This document shows, one piece after another, positions 1 to 14,366 of a stretch of 64,000 nucleotides of DNA (positions are counted from its first letter, which is position 1; each line of letters opens with the position of its first letter). The position numbers were made by a program, and so were the translations under genes. Origin of the DNA: Chiloscyllium plagiosum (lineage: Eukaryota); the NCBI RefSeq assembly GCF_004010195.1, contig NC_057718.1, forward strand, positions 44,423,341 to 44,487,340. Direction: 5' to 3'. The notes under the pieces are model-generated. The model was given only the letters and a program-made list of their open reading frames with translations, made no database searches and was not told where the DNA came from.

Positions 1-59
1 CATGGCACCTTGGGACTGGGAGCTGCGAGGAGTGGAAACAGAAAGTTAGCAATGGTACA

Positions 60-430
60 GAATACAATAGGGATCTAGATTTTGTTCTCTGCAGCTGTGA
101 GCAGGACTCCGGAAGGCTGTGTTGCTTCCCTAATTCAAGAGTTCAGGACATCTACTCCAAGCTGGAGAGGAATTTGGAGACAAAGGAGGGATCTAGTAAT
201 CAGCATCCATGTTGGCACCAACAACATTGGTAGGACCAGAAAGGCCACTCCATTCGAAGATTTTGAACAAACAGGAGCTAAACTAAAAAGGAACTAAACT
301 AATAATCTTTGGATTACTACCTGAGCCACAGGCATACTGGCATAGGGTAAATAAAGTCAAGGAATTAAATACTTGACCAAAATTAGTGTTGGTGCAATGG
401 GTTTCAGTTCATGGCTGCACTGGTAATGGG
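60..430 (+). mobile_element. CR1 LINE ORF1 (SGNH esterase-like) fragment
   Basis: IHVGTNNIGR...EQTGAKLK resembles the CR1 ORF1 HIGTND motif. Confidence 0.7.
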
Positions 431-599
431 GTCATGGAGTGAAGGAGACAGAAAACAGTTAACCACGGACCAGTTAGCATAACATTTGTCAATGGAAAAA
501 TGCTACGGTCTGCAACAAAGAATGTAATAGCAGAACTTTAAGAAACACTTAACATTCAAATGTATTATTGAGCTCTGAAATCTACTACTTTTAAATAAA

Positions 600-785
600 A
601 ACTTAACAGCAATTTAGTTTTGTTCAATATATTGTTTCAGTTGCATGACACTGTAATCTTTTGCTATAAATTCTGTGTCTAATGAAGGAGCAGCGCTGTC
701 TGAAAGCTAGTACTTTCAAATAAACCTGTTGGACTATAACCTGGCATTGTGTGATTTTTTTAAAACTTTGTCCACCTCAGTCCAA
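600..785 (+). mobile_element. Penelope 3' tail fragment with degenerate hammerhead
   Basis: Homologous to 31730-31915 (ttgctataaattctgtgtct...gaaggagcagcgct..gaaagctag...ggactataacc). Confidence 0.78.
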
Positions 786-955
786 CCCCCTCTGCCCGTC
801 AATCTGTCCTTACGATAACACGTGTATCCTTGAATATTCATTTCCCAGGCCCTGTCCACTTGAAGCCACGTCTCAGTTATCCCCACAATATCGTATCTGC
901 CAATTTCCAAAAGAGCCTCAAGCTCATCCATCTTATGTCTAATGCTTCATGCATT
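785..955 (-). mobile_element. CR1 ORF2 endonuclease N-terminus (inverted fragment)
   Basis: NA*SIRHKMDELEALLEIGRYDIVGITETWL...YRKDRLTGRGG. Confidence 0.85.
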
Positions 956-956
956 C

Positions 957-1855
957 ATGTTTGCTGATGATATGAAGTTAGGTGGACAGGCAGGTAGTTC
1001 TGAGGAGGTGGGGAGGCTGCAGAAATATTTAGACAGTTTAGGAGGGTGTTCCAGGAAAGGGCTGATGAAATTCAACATGAGCAAATGTGAGATCTTGCAC
1101 TTTGAAAAAAAAGAGTACAGGCATAGATTATTTTTCTGAACGGTGAGAAAATTCACAAAGCCAAAAGTACAAAGGGATCTGGGAGTATCAGTCCAGGATT
1201 CTCTAAAGGTTAACTTGCAGGTTGAGTCCGTCATTAAGAAAGCGAATATAATGATGTCATTTATCTCAAGAGGGCTGGAATATAAAAGCAGCGATGTGCT
1301 TCTGAGACTTTATAAAGCTCTAGTTAGGCCCAATTTAGAATACTGTGTTCAATTTTGGACCCCACACCTCAGCAAAGACATACTGGCACTGGAACGTGTC
1401 CAGCGGAGATTCACACAGATGATCCTTGGAACGACTGAGGATCCTGGGATTGTATTCATTAGATTTTAGAAGGTTGAGGGGAGATCAAATAGAAACTTAC
1501 AAGATAATGTATAGCTTAGGAAGGGTGGATTCTGGGAAGTTGTTTCCATTAGGTGGGAGACGAGGACCCGTGGGCACAGCCTTAGAATTAGAGGGAGTCA
1601 ATTTAGAATGGAATTGAGGAGACATTTCCTCAGCCAGAGAGTGGTGGTCTGTGGAATTCATTGCCATGGAGAGCAGTGGAGGCCGGGACATTAAATGTCT
1701 TAAAGGCAGATAAATTCTTGATCTCGCAAGGAATTAAGGGATAAGGGGAGAGTGTGAATAAGTAGAGTTGAAATGTCCATCAGCTGCGATTAAATAGCAG
1801 AGTGGACTTGATCGACTGAATGGCTTTACTTCCACTCCTAAGTCTTTTGGTCTTA
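957..1855 (+). mobile_element. CR1/HER1 LINE RT C-terminus and 3' end
   Basis: FADDMKLGG, QRDLGV, LYKALVRPNLEYCVQFW; 3' tail. Confidence 0.92.
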
Positions 1856-1856
1856 C

Positions 1857-3850
1857 GGAATACTGTGAACAGCTTTTGGGCCTCTTATCCAAGGCAGTAC
1901 AGAGAAGGCTCACTAGGCTGATTCCAGGTATGGAAGTACTGTTTCAAGAGGAGCAGTAGATGGGGAGGGGTGGGGGGCTGTACTCATTGGAATTGAGAAG
2001 AATGAGTGGTGACCTTATTGAACCATGCAAAGTTCTTGGGGGAATTGAGAGGATGGATGTGGAGAAGTAGATTCCACAGGAGGGAGAATTTTGTAATCTC
2101 AGAATAACAGGTTGCCCATTCAAAACAGAACAGGAGAAATTTCTTTTCTCAGAAGATACTTAATCTGTGGAATTCTTTACTAGAAGGGGCTGTCGAGGTT
2201 GGGCCATTATATATATTCTAGGCTGTGATGGAGAGATTTTTTTTTTACGGAAGTGAATCAAGGCTTTCAGACAAAAACTGGAAAGTAGAGCTGGGGATTA
2301 TCATATTAGCCATGATATCTCTGAATGGTTGAACAGAGTTTCTGAGCTGAATGGCCTACTTATTCTCTTCCATCTTTTGGTCTCATGTGGGGGTATGAAG
2401 AGTCTCAAACCAACTTAATACTTTACAAGAGGCAAACGTTGAAGGAATTAAAATGGAATTGCTCACAGTAAAAAGGGCTGAACAGATTTTGGGTAACATG
2501 CAAAGCAACAGAGGGAAATGTTTGATAGGATTGAAAACTCGGAAAGACATCTAAAAAGTAAATACCTCATTTGCACAATTAGCAACCAAGTGTAGTAAAT
2601 AAGATAAGAGGCAGTATCAAACTTAGATATCACATTTTATATATGATGATAGATAATATAGAGATAATAGTCTAATATAGATAATAGTCGAAATAATAAT
2701 AAAAATTCAATGGAGAAAATAAGATGTCTTAAGATAGAGAAATTTCCAGGGCCTGAAGATTTCTATCTCAGATCATTAAAAGCAGTAGATAAAGCAATTT
2801 TGGATAATTTCTCAAAATTCTCTAGAATCATAAATTGTGGCTTTGGATTGGCAAATATCACTGAATTATTTAAGAAGCAAGGAAAATTATATTAACTATA
2901 GACCAGTCAGTTCAATACTAGGTGCATGAAGTTACTAGAATTTATTATACAGTGAATATTTAAATAGTCATAAGCTGATCAAAATAAAAGAAAGTTATAA
3001 ATACCAACTTTCAGATGTGACCACATTTGGAGGCAAAAGTTACACAAACAGGAACAGGAAGCTTCAAACAGAATAAAACGGACTAAGTGATGAGTAAATT
3101 TAAGGCAAATTAAGTTCAGTGAGGGAAATACAGGGTCGTCCTAAGAAAGACAAGCTGAATGCATTCTTAATGGTGCAAAGCAGTGAGCTGTGGAGGACCA
3201 TGGGGAATTAGGTCCCTAGGTACACAGAAAAGAAAGAGTAATAAAAGCAATAAATAATATACTGCATTTTAATTTGAGGTGCCTGGAATTCAATAAAAAT
3301 TGGAACATGACACTTGCTCAGGCTCCACCTTTAGTATTGCCTTCAATTTTGAGCTCAAAATAGCAAGAAAGTTGCACTGGCCTGGAGTGGGTATAGCACA
3401 AATTCTCTACAATTACATTAGGATTTGAATGATTATATCACAAGGACAGATTACAATATGGTTCCATTACCTTGAGTTTAGAAGGTTGAGGCAGTGATCT
3501 GTGTCCTTAACGTAAGGAGCATTCATATTACAAACTCAAGGCACTGGTTTCCTTTGTTAGTGTAAATCAAAAATATATGTCATCTTTGACAGTTGATGAC
3601 AAATCAAAAACAAGGTAGCGTAATCTTAAAATAACAGGTACACTGTTTCGGAGTAGAAATGAAGGACGGTGGAGATTTGAAACTTATCCAAATGTTTGCG
3701 ATTACTGGGGTCACTGAAGTGTGCAAAATTAGATTGTTAAGGTCTTTGATGGGTAAGTGTATCAAGGGATCTAAACCAGAGTGGAGCAAATGAAACTGAA
3801 GCACAGACACCCAATTATCTAACAGAGGAGCTGACTGGCCCACACTTAAT
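1857..3850 (+). mobile_element. Further degraded CR1 fragments
   Basis: EYCEQ..W / RFTRLIPG-like segments; CR1 3'UTR tails at about 2380 and 3850. Confidence 0.65.
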
Positions 3851-4741
3851 CTTACTTGACGCAGCTGCATGATCATTTAGCCATGCGTCAACCAAAGAAC
3901 TGGGCGCGGCACCATTCCATCACTTGCCCACAGACTCTGTGCCCCAATTGGGTTTTCTTTTACTTAATAGATTCTTAACAGTTATCCGTTTCCATCTTTT
4001 CCAATGGTTGATAAATATCTAAATTGAAGTTTGAAGATTGAAAATTATAATTTGTCTACATATGCAGGCATTTACCTTCAAAAAGCAAACATGGATTTTT
4101 AATTGGATCTTGCTGGCTACAATTTTCATTTTTATTCCATTGGGCCTATTCCCCAAACTAGCGCAAAGCTTCATTGACAGGTGAGAGCAAATATTTTAAA
4201 AGAACAAATATAAATTCTAGATAGTTGACTTGCAGTTTAATCATCTGAACAAGTAATGCAACAAATAAAAAAAAACAAGTTTTGTTCTGGCTGCAGTATT
4301 TCAGTTCAATGTTTAGTCACTGAATCAACTGTTTTGTATTTGACAACATTTTCAATGTTATAAATAGAAACATTTGACCTACCCACAACTTCCTCTGTGG
4401 CTGGAGTTTGCATATCTTAACACATGAAAGAATACAGGAACTTGGTAGCAGTATCAACAAAATTACTCGTTTGCTAAGCATGACAAATTTATCACCTGTT
4501 GTATGACCATTTGTGAACATAATTCCCTGAAGATTATCCTGAAACTTTCATATTTATAAAATGAATGATCACAGATACTGAAAATAATTCACTCAGTTCT
4601 GTACTGCATTTGCAAATTATGAATGTGAGGCACCAGCAAAATAGATATGGCCACCATATTGTATATCAACTGCATAGCATCAGAAATTTTAAAAAGTAGC
4701 AAATTCATTTTTTATTACATTTCATAAAGGTATTAGCTCAC

Positions 4742-4857
4742 CTGCCAGTGTTGAGTGACTGCATTCCACACTCCTACTTTTCCAGTATGACTGGTTGCAA
4801 CCAGCTGATTCCCAATAAAGAAGAGTGCATCCACTGGAACTCCAAGACTAAACACAC
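4742..4857 (-). CDS. KCTD3: KCTD3 exon 10 ([39 protein letters not shown]); gene continues beyond window start
   Basis: ttgtag| acceptor, |gtgagc donor; 116 nt; WD40 repeat peptide; cumulative CDS 945 nt is in frame. Confidence 0.96.
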
Positions 4858-7800
4858 CTACAACACAGAGCAGCAGAAACAATTTATTGTTACAAATTTT
4901 GTTACATTTCATAACAAGTCACTCATCTGAAAACTGACAACTCTATCAATAAATAGGAACTTTTATTGATCCCAAGGTCATGGGGTATTATGTAACAAAG
5001 ATCTTCACCACCTCCCGCCACACACCCTTCCCCTGTCCCCCCCAAAAAAAATTCAATTAAGTTTTTTTAAAAATATGATAAATCACAAGTTTTCTTAAAA
5101 GTATGGATTAGGTGTAACAACAAATATTTGCCAGTGATTGCTGTTTATTTTACTCTTCTACAAAAGAACCACCATCAACCTGCACATTTGAGGCTTCCAA
5201 TGCTGGATTCAGAAACAACAACAGGTTTACAAGCAATGCCACTGTACATTTTCTTTTCAATTGATGTGTACAGAGCTACAATGGAACACAGAAAACAAAT
5301 GCACAGCGGGCAGATTACTCCAGAGGGAGGACACACAGTGAAAATTATCCACAACAGCATGTCAACTCCTTCCATATTTGAAGTGTCTCTCCTGCTTAGT
5401 TAAAGCAGCCATGAAAGCTGCCAGAAAAATAAAGTATTTCACGAAGAATGACAGGAGTATTGCCCTGAGGGTGGTGCATGGAGGGTTAGCGAAAGTACCC
5501 TGAGGAAAATGGAAGTTAATGTTTCCTTTAAGTAATATGAAAGGTGTGAAACCACAGGAGGTAGGCAATAATAAATACAACTTGCCAATGAACACATTGT
5601 AGAGATTTGGAAGGTGTTTGCATAAATTTGTTTATACTTGACAGATAAGAGCAGTTTCCATCTCTTGAAATTTGAGTCATTTAATAGTGACCTTCAAATG
5701 CTTAGTGTCAAGGGATCGCAAATAAAATTCAGAAAGTGCATAAGTTCCTACTGTAATGGTGGAATGTGGGTTACTGCTCCTCTCAGCATAGATAATCTTA
5801 TCCAAGTATTTGCTAAGTGCTCCCCTCATAGAAGGGCTTGCAGGATTACAGTAGCTTTTAACATTTTTAAAAAATACATCAACTTGTAGGAGTCCTTTAT
5901 TTGTAAGCAGTGTGGTCATAATGTACCATAGCAAAATGGGCACTTTGAAAGGAAGCAGATAGAAATGGTTGCAAATCAAAGTGAACTTACACACTTCAGT
6001 GAATTCAAGTGCCATTAACTAGCAGCATTATTGCTGAAAGAAAAATATTTTGTTGAAGATTTTTATCTTCCACTTATTAGGACAAATTACAAGTATTACC
6101 AAAGTAATGGCAAAACATATTCAAATTACTTAAGCGGAAAATGTGGATCCGTTGGCAGTGAACTCTGATCAGTACAGGCATTGCCAGAGAATGCACTAGC
6201 TACAAGATGACTGAAAATTAACTTCCAAGATGTCAGTCATCATCTAACAGGTTAAGTTTTTCACTGCCAACTGTGTTTTCCCTTTACCTTGATAATTCTT
6301 GCAAATTGCCCTGATTGAATGCAAGACAAAAAGCTCAAACAAAATTCTTTTGTCAGCCATGCTCAATGTTCTATCCAACAAAATGATGATTTGTTTACAG
6401 TATTATAGAAAATTTATATTTTTTTTCTATTTTTGAGCTTGGTTTACCACTACTATAGATTTCAGTACACATTAATGTTGTGGAAATTATTTTCTTTTAA
6501 CCTTCAGCAAGGTTTGGAAGGGCCTTTGGCCCTGACCTGATGGTTATCTTTTTTAATCAAAAAATTTCAATGTGATTAAAAGTTAAGAATAGATTGTATT
6601 GGCTTGATTATTCCTTAGAATTTTAAGTACTGCTCCTACTCATGTGGCAACACTGGATATAAAAGGGCAAGTCGTCTTTTGAATTCAGTTTTGATACTGC
6701 CATGATACAGTTGACAGAGAAGTGCTCTCATCATCTGCATACCATTTAACTAATACTCTCAAATTTGGATTTTTTTTTCGTAAGCCATGTGCCCCTTGTA
6801 AATTGAAATAAAACAGATATTGAAACCAGTGATCCAGTACTATGTTTCTACAATCCCTTTTTGTGAACATTGAAATATTGTCATTATTTCAACTCAGTGT
6901 ATATATAGGAAACAAAATCAAATGTTGTGTAGATCAAATATGTTAAATTTTCAGACAAAGATTCCTTCATCCTCACTCATATCTAATTACACAGAATTGA
7001 AGAAGACGTGCATATGTTGAAAAAAGAATGCTTACCATGCCAGTAATTTCTCTGGCACAAGATGAAGCAGAATTCAAATACAATCTTTGCTGTGATAAAA
7101 ACACAATGTAATGCTTGCTTCAAGTGACTGCCATTGACGTAACTTAATTACAATTCTGAAAATTTTACTTACCGATCTACATGGGTCTGATACACGCGAT
7201 TTTGGAAGGGTATTAAAGGTGTATCAGACTTTAGACACTGTTCAAACCAGGAATTGCCACCAGTTGGAGCAAAAGTAAGTAAGTAGAACATTTGAAAGAA
7301 TGAATGCAGATGATGAAACTAGAGATTCAGTCCTCTATTAGTAGAAAATTTTTAAATGCTTTACAATGGTGTGTTAGCCAGTTAACTCAGTTATATGGAG
7401 TCACTGAAACACACAAGGCTATTTCACAAATCGTTACGCCAGTCTTAAGTCCACAACATCTTAATTGCTAAGTTTTCATTATCACTTGCAACCAAAGATT
7501 GAAGTTTGATGCTTCAATATATACAACTATTAAAAAAGTGAAATGTTTCATTAACTGATGGCTCACTTAGCTCCGTTGACAAATGTCTAATATAAAACAG
7601 AATTTCATACAGGAACCTTAGCCACTTATTGCAAAACATTCACACCATCTGAGTTGGTCTGAATTAGAACAAAATTCAGAAGTGTAAAAATCAAAGTTAT
7701 TTCATGTATTTGTTGAGACTTCCTGACATTGTTAAAATGTAATTTAAAAATGTCATTTACAATCTGTGAAATTCTAAATTACTATTGTGAATGGTAGATT

Positions 7801-9879
7801 CCCTCCAATTCCTACTTGATAGCAAAGAATTTTAAACACAAATTCAGTTCTCACGACATAACAGACCATATTCTCGTGAGAAATTGGAAGGTATATGCAC
7901 TGACCAGTAAAATTATTTGACCTCTGAACACAAAATGTGGCTGCACAATCAGCGCCTCTCAGCTGTTGAGTACAAACAGTCGATTTAAACGGCTTGAAGA
8001 TCTAATTGTGGCTGAAATCAGCAAAGCTTTTAAAATAGTAAGCCCTGAACTGCCAAAATAGCCAGCAAACTTCGCAATTGATAACTGGCAAAAAGTGCCA
8101 GTTGCCTGATACATCCCACTATCCATGATAAGGTGGGACAGTACAAGCCACAATGACTTTATGATTTTGCTATCAAGGAACAAACAGCAAATTTCCCCTT
8201 TTTAATATGAATTGTGGGAAGTAGGGAGCAAAGTGTGAGCAGAGGTCATTGAATTAAATACAAAACAGGGAAATACGTAAACAAAACAACCTGATGTGTA
8301 ATTTCTATAAACTCTTAGAACAATTATACAGTTACATTGGTGGTGAAGATCTGGAAATAGGTTGCTGTTTCTATTTGTTCCTTTAGTGGGATTTAGTGCT
8401 ACTGTTAACTACAGTTAGTGAAGAATATCTTGACCTCAGAATAAGCAAGTGTCACAAATGCATTTGGACTTTCCACAGCTTCACCTTAATTATACGTTTC
8501 ATGAGAAATATCGCTGCATTGGAGAAACGTTCATATGCAACATCGTATTCTGATTTCAAACCATTGATGCTACTACAGCTGCAGATCTAAGTTCATTAAA
8601 TTATGTAAATCTTTGTTAGGAATGATGGCTCTTGGAATCATGTATGCACATTTTGGACATAAATCCATTTCAATGCTTGATAAGATGTATAACTAAAAGT
8701 AACATAGAAAACTTCCACAATTTTTGGGGTGTTTAAAAGCTAGTTGGAATTTCTCCCCATTCCCAACTCTGTGAAATTCAGTGTCTACATGGCAATGTCT
8801 CTCTATTATCAATGACAAGTTAAGCAGGCTACACTTCATTACAATGAGAAAAAAAAATCTAAACAAGGAAATATTATGGATACTTTAGAGTCAAGTTGGA
8901 AGAAGTGTTTGAAAATCACTTTTAGGAGGGTTCAATCTCTCAGAAGCAAAAATATTTTCAGAACAGAATCCACTAAGTTTAATTCCACCTTCAGCCCCAT
9001 GCGCGTCAAGTGTCATAAATATTCATGTCAATTAAATAATGCTACAATTTACATAAACATCTGTTGTGCATATTAAACCCCCTTTTTCCAATTGTATGTT
9101 GACAACTGGTAACTTGTAATAAATTCACCTGGGGAGAGGAACCATCTCCCAAGCCCAGCAAAGGACTGACAGCCTTACAGGCAGCCACAGTAATGGTGAT
9201 CACTTGCTTTAATTTATTTTCAAAATATGCATTAGAAGCTATTCTGAAATAGATTTGGGTTGACATATAAATCTGCTTATTTGCTAGCTTTCTCCCTGTA
9301 GAAATCTACTATGCAGCTTATAACAAAGAAACAATAGATATGAAAAATGCAAAATCAGGGATTTTCAGAAACATCTCTCTCAAGGAACCTTAAATTAAAA
9401 GGAGGAAATTGCTAGAAACTTCACAAAGACAAAGTAGTGCAGCTGCTGTAAACCTGAAATATGAATAGAAAGTGCTAGAAAGACAAAACAGGCCAGAAGG
9501 CTTGAGCTTTTCCAGCACTTTCTGTTTATAAGCTTTCATCAAAATGAAGTCAAGGAAAAGAATGCCTCAAGACATACTTAACTAGTAATTGAAATACTAA
9601 CTATCTGAACAATCTACCAGATTATCACATATGCAATAGCTCCTCCCTAGCATATCACAGCCACGTCTATTACTGCCCCGAGAAGACATTCCTTGCAGGC
9701 AAACTACAGTACAGATTACTGGGCAGGATGAGAATCAGCTAATATTTCCTCTTCCTTAACCAGTGGCTGGCTCAATTGTAACACCTTTATAGCCACCTCA
9801 GGAGGAGCAGCTTACTGAATTCACTCAGTCAAACCTAGGGGTGTCTTGTGCTCTAGGTGCAGTACTGTGCCACTTTTTT

Positions 9880-10490
9880 TGCATTTGTTCACAGGATGCA
9901 GCATCAGTGACTGGGTCAGAATTAAATGCATAGCCCTTGCCCTCAAAAAGATGGTACCGAGCTGCCTTCTTGGCCCACTGCAATCCTTGGGTTGCTTGTT
10001 AGTAAGGGAGTTTCAAGATTTTGACCCTGCAATTGTGAAGGAATATCAATATAGCTCCAAGTCAAGATGGTTAGTGACTTGGAAGGGAAGTTGCAGGTGA
10101 GTGTTCCTGTGCATCTGCCATCCCATTCTAAGTGATAGAGGTTGCAGGTTTGCAAGTTGTTATTGAAGGAGTCTGGGTAAGTTACTGCAGTGCTCCTTGT
10201 AGCTCAGACACAGTGCTGTCCCATTGTGTTGGAGGGAGTGAATGTTTAAGATAGGATGGGATGACATTTAACCAGACAGTTTTACCTGGGTGATATTGAC
10301 TTTGAGTCCATTACACTTCTGTCTTGTGCCTTACAGTGGACAGACAATAAGGAGACAGGAGGTGAGTTACTCGCTGCATGATTTTTAACCCCTGAATTGC
10401 TCTTGCAGCCACAGTATGTATATATGACTGGTCCAATTCATTTTCTGTCAACCGTATCTCTTAGAATATGGATAGGAGAGGATTCAATAA
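9880..10490 (-). mobile_element. CR1/L2-group (Zenon/Crack-like) LINE 3' fragment; related pieces at about 22945-23620 (-), 50870-51080 (+), 59780-60330 (-)
   Basis: NWTSHI.TVAARA...RVTHLL and KTQVRTEMEFSP..WMNAA..KKLDT motifs; clade assignment tentative. Confidence 0.6.
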
Positions 10491-12048
10491 CCAGACAATC
10501 TCATACCAAATTATATTAAATCTAGTGCTTCCCGATTAATGCCAGTTCTATGTCAACTGAATCATGACAAAATCCCAACAATTTATTCACAAAAATCTCA
10601 ATTTATAAAGTAAGTTAAATGACAGGACCAAAGTTGAAACCCAAAAATTAGAATGTTTTTGTTTTGGAGAAAACTAACAAGTGGTTACTAGAAAACTATG
10701 CCCAAGTATATGACAATGACAGCTAATAGCTTTACCACCAATGCTGTATTAATTGGTCAGAAGATGAACCCAAGAATAAATTGCACAAAACCATGGTGCA
10801 ATAATTCTTTGAGCACTATCCTCCTTAAATTTTCCTTGTATCCAAAAAAACTATTAACTCTGTCTAACATACACAATGTTTGAGCATTCAGAGCATATAG
10901 GGTAAACAATTCCAAGGATTCACTGTTCTCTTAAGTCATAATTGGCTGACCACTAATTTTAAGAATGCGACCCAAACAAGGGAAATATTTTGTTCAACAT
11001 CTACCCTTAGGAATTTATACTCCCATTTTTAAACCTCCCATTCATGTAAACTCTAGCAAAGATAGATCTCATCTACTCAATCTCTTCTCATAGAAGAATC
11101 CCCTCATCCTAGGAACTGATCTAGTAAATCTTTACTGCATTCCCTCTTGTGAAAGTATATTCTTCCTTGTGTAAAATAACCAAAACTGCACTTGAACCCT
11201 TCTTAACAAAATCCAGCACTCCATTTGTTTTCCCAATTGTACTCACATGTTAACGGTCATACTTTATGTCCAAGAAAACCCAGCTTCGGCTGAAGGCAAA
11301 TGTTTCCCATTAAGAACCCAGAGCTAGACCATCTAAAGGTGACACCAGATTGCAATTTTTCACACAAAATTTAGTGGAAATCTGAAACAGTATTCCCAAA
11401 TGTTGGGCTAATTGAAAAGTTTCAAGACTAAAACGGATAGATTTTTATTAAGTAAAGATATTAAGAAACATGGAGAAATGGCAGTTAGAAGTAGTGGCAG
11501 TAAAGATTCACCTTGACCTAATTGAATAGCAGAACAAGCTCAAGTTATTAATAAACAGCATATGCTACTTTTTTGTCATATCCCTATGACAGAGGCTGAT
11601 GGCAACACAGACTTTTCACAAGGTACAAAAACAATCTTCAGTTGGAATTTGTGAAAAAAAAAAGACTGAAAAGAATGAATCCTAAGGTAATAAAGGCATG
11701 GATAATGTCTTGGCGGTGGCGGTGGTGGTGGGAGTTCAATGTAGGGCCACCAGTAAGATCACTAGCATAATGATACAAATAGATATGTGGCTTGATTCAG
11801 AAATTATTTCCATTATTCAGACTGAACTTTCCTCAACCAGTACTGAAAAGTTAGTAAGTTAATGCTGAAGGTCAGTAAATTAAACTACTCAGCTCTTAAG
11901 TGGAGACTAAACCTACATCATTTCCAAAGCGATTGAAGAGACTGTTCCATTCGTTCAACTCTGAGCTTAGAACCAATTTTAAACTGCCTTTTCCTCATTT
12001 TAGATGATAAAAAAATGTTGTTTTATTCCAGAAACTTGCAATACGTAC

Positions 12049-12239
12049 CTATTTCATTGCCACTTCCTCCATCCTGAATGCTCCACAGGATTATACTACT
12101 CTCAGATGCCACAGCTACCATCTTGTCTTTATCACCAAAAGGTCCTCCAACAACTTTAGCATTAACTGCTACTCGCTCTATTGTCCAGTCTAAATACGGA
12201 CTCGTAAAAACCTGCTGCCATCCAGAGGACTCTTTAATT
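12049..12239 (-). CDS. KCTD3: KCTD3 exon 9 ([23 protein letters not shown]...GGSGNEI)
   Basis: ttctag| acceptor, |gtacgt donor; 191 nt; peptide inside ORF-track entry 12023..12253. Confidence 0.96.
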
Positions 12240-14366
12240 CTAGAAAGAAACAAGAAACCTTATTGAGCAATTAACACAATGCACACTATGTTTTTGAAAA
12301 CAGAATATGTTGGAATAACCATTAGTACTTAGGATTTTCATACGTATAATTTTGAGAATAGTAATCTAACAAAGTTGAGCTAATTTTTATTCTAAAAGAG
12401 TTCAAGATGAAGCCCTGAATGAAGTTTGAAAGATGACCTAGGGAACTGATAAAAGTTAATGCAAAATTATAGCGAACGTTTTTCAAACACCATAGGACAT
12501 AAATTATAAATTTAACAGAAGAGGGAAAAACAAAATAAAGTAACACTTTAAAAAAAAAAGTATTTGAAAATAAGCTACGTTAGAGAAGTTCGTTTCTGGA
12601 GGAAGTGGGGATTGAAGGATTTATTATTAATGGACTTCACCAGTTTCTAGCAATTCGTATGTCAATAAATTTTAACAGAATGGTCAACAATTGCTAGCCT
12701 CTAATAAAGGGCTGCATTCTACAACTGGCCCCCTTTAGGTTAATTGTTTAAAATCTGACGAGACATTAACTTATTAGCAACCGCAGTACTAACTCAAGTG
12801 GCTTTTATCACCCAACACTTTTAATTCCTGTACCATGCAGGAATTTAATGATTTTTTTTTTCAAAATGTCCTTGACTCTAAGGCTTGAGAAAGGGATTTG
12901 AACTTCAGAGGCCCAGGACAGGTATAAAAGATAGGATCAGGATCCAGGGGTCATGGTAACAATTTAAAGGTCTGGGAAGATGATCAGATAACAGAAGGGG
13001 TTGTACCAGATGAAGAGATCTATCTGGAGAAGCAGCTGAATCCAGCACAAAGGTGCTAAGTTAATTATCTCTTGGGTCTGGCACACTCCATCTGTTAAAT
13101 TTCAAAGGTTGAACAACTATAAAGCTCAGTTTCATTACCAGACTTGAAGTGCCAACTGGCCACTTTGGAATAGAGGCTGATCACTTTCCTACTACAATTA
13201 AAGCAGGAAGCAAGATTGGAAACTGGATTCTGATTTTCAAAACTTTAAAGCCCAGCTGACACAAAACGCATGTGTTTTTGCTCAGTTAAAATATCCACTG
13301 TAGTTACAACTAATGATGAATACCATAAAATTTAATGGGAGTGTTAAAAGCTGATGATTTCCCACCTACCCTCCCTTCTGGGCCAACATCTGAATCTTTT
13401 GCCTTAATTTATGCAACTGCATTTTGAACTGGGTTCTTTAGTGACCAAAGGGCAAGAATTAATACCAACATGTTATCGGATAAGATGAAATCAAGTAAAA
13501 TGGTTTTAAGCTTCAATTTCACGATGTGGAAATACATATAAAAACCAGAAGTGTAACAAAAGTCAAAAGCATTAAATGAAAGCAACAAGCACGACAAATC
13601 AAAAAAATAATTCTCTGCAACATCCGCAACGGAGCTTCGAGCAGACATTTTATTGAAAATTAAGAAATAGTTCTGATGCAATGTAAATTTGATGTGTAGA
13701 GTAATATTTCTGGATTTCCAGAGTATTCCTTGAGAAAACAAACTCTTAGTTTCATAATATTAAAGTTCTTGCTCAGTATTAGTCAAAATCTTCAATGACA
13801 GATAAGCTGCATGCAAGAACTTAATAACTGTGCTTGATTTTTCCACCTGCAGTGTTGGTGAAAAAAGAACTTTTATTCATATACACACATATTTTAACCT
13901 TCAAAAAAAAGTCACAAAAAAAAAAATCACATTCCATGGAATTCTTGAATTCATCACTTTGCACATGCTAGAGTTGCCAGCAAACGGTCAAAAAATATAT
14001 AGACAGTAGATTTAAAAATCACTGTACAAGTGTAATTTACAGCATGTCTGGTTACCTACATTATTTTGATGCTATTATCAATGCTTGGTTTCATTTTTCC
14101 CCAGGTGCTGCATGAGATTTATTTCATTTATGCAACCTCTGGTCTTAAAAAAAAATGGCTATTTATTCTAGAATTGTATGGGCCACATGCGACTACTGCC
14201 TTTCTGTCTCTTAGATCGTAGGCTTTCATCCTTTTTATACTGAGACAGAAAACCACCACTTAAAATTTAAACTGACAGGAATTAAAACAGAAGTAAACTT
14301 TTTTAAATACCAAAAGACAAAGGAAACAATTGAACATGAGACTTGCCAAAGGCAGTCTGTCAGAGA

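Noticed and set aside
1..4741. KCTD3 exon 11 (VQDVVPITSYD...)
   Set aside because: I found no matching coding segment; the region is mostly CR1 debris, so the exon presumably lies outside the window
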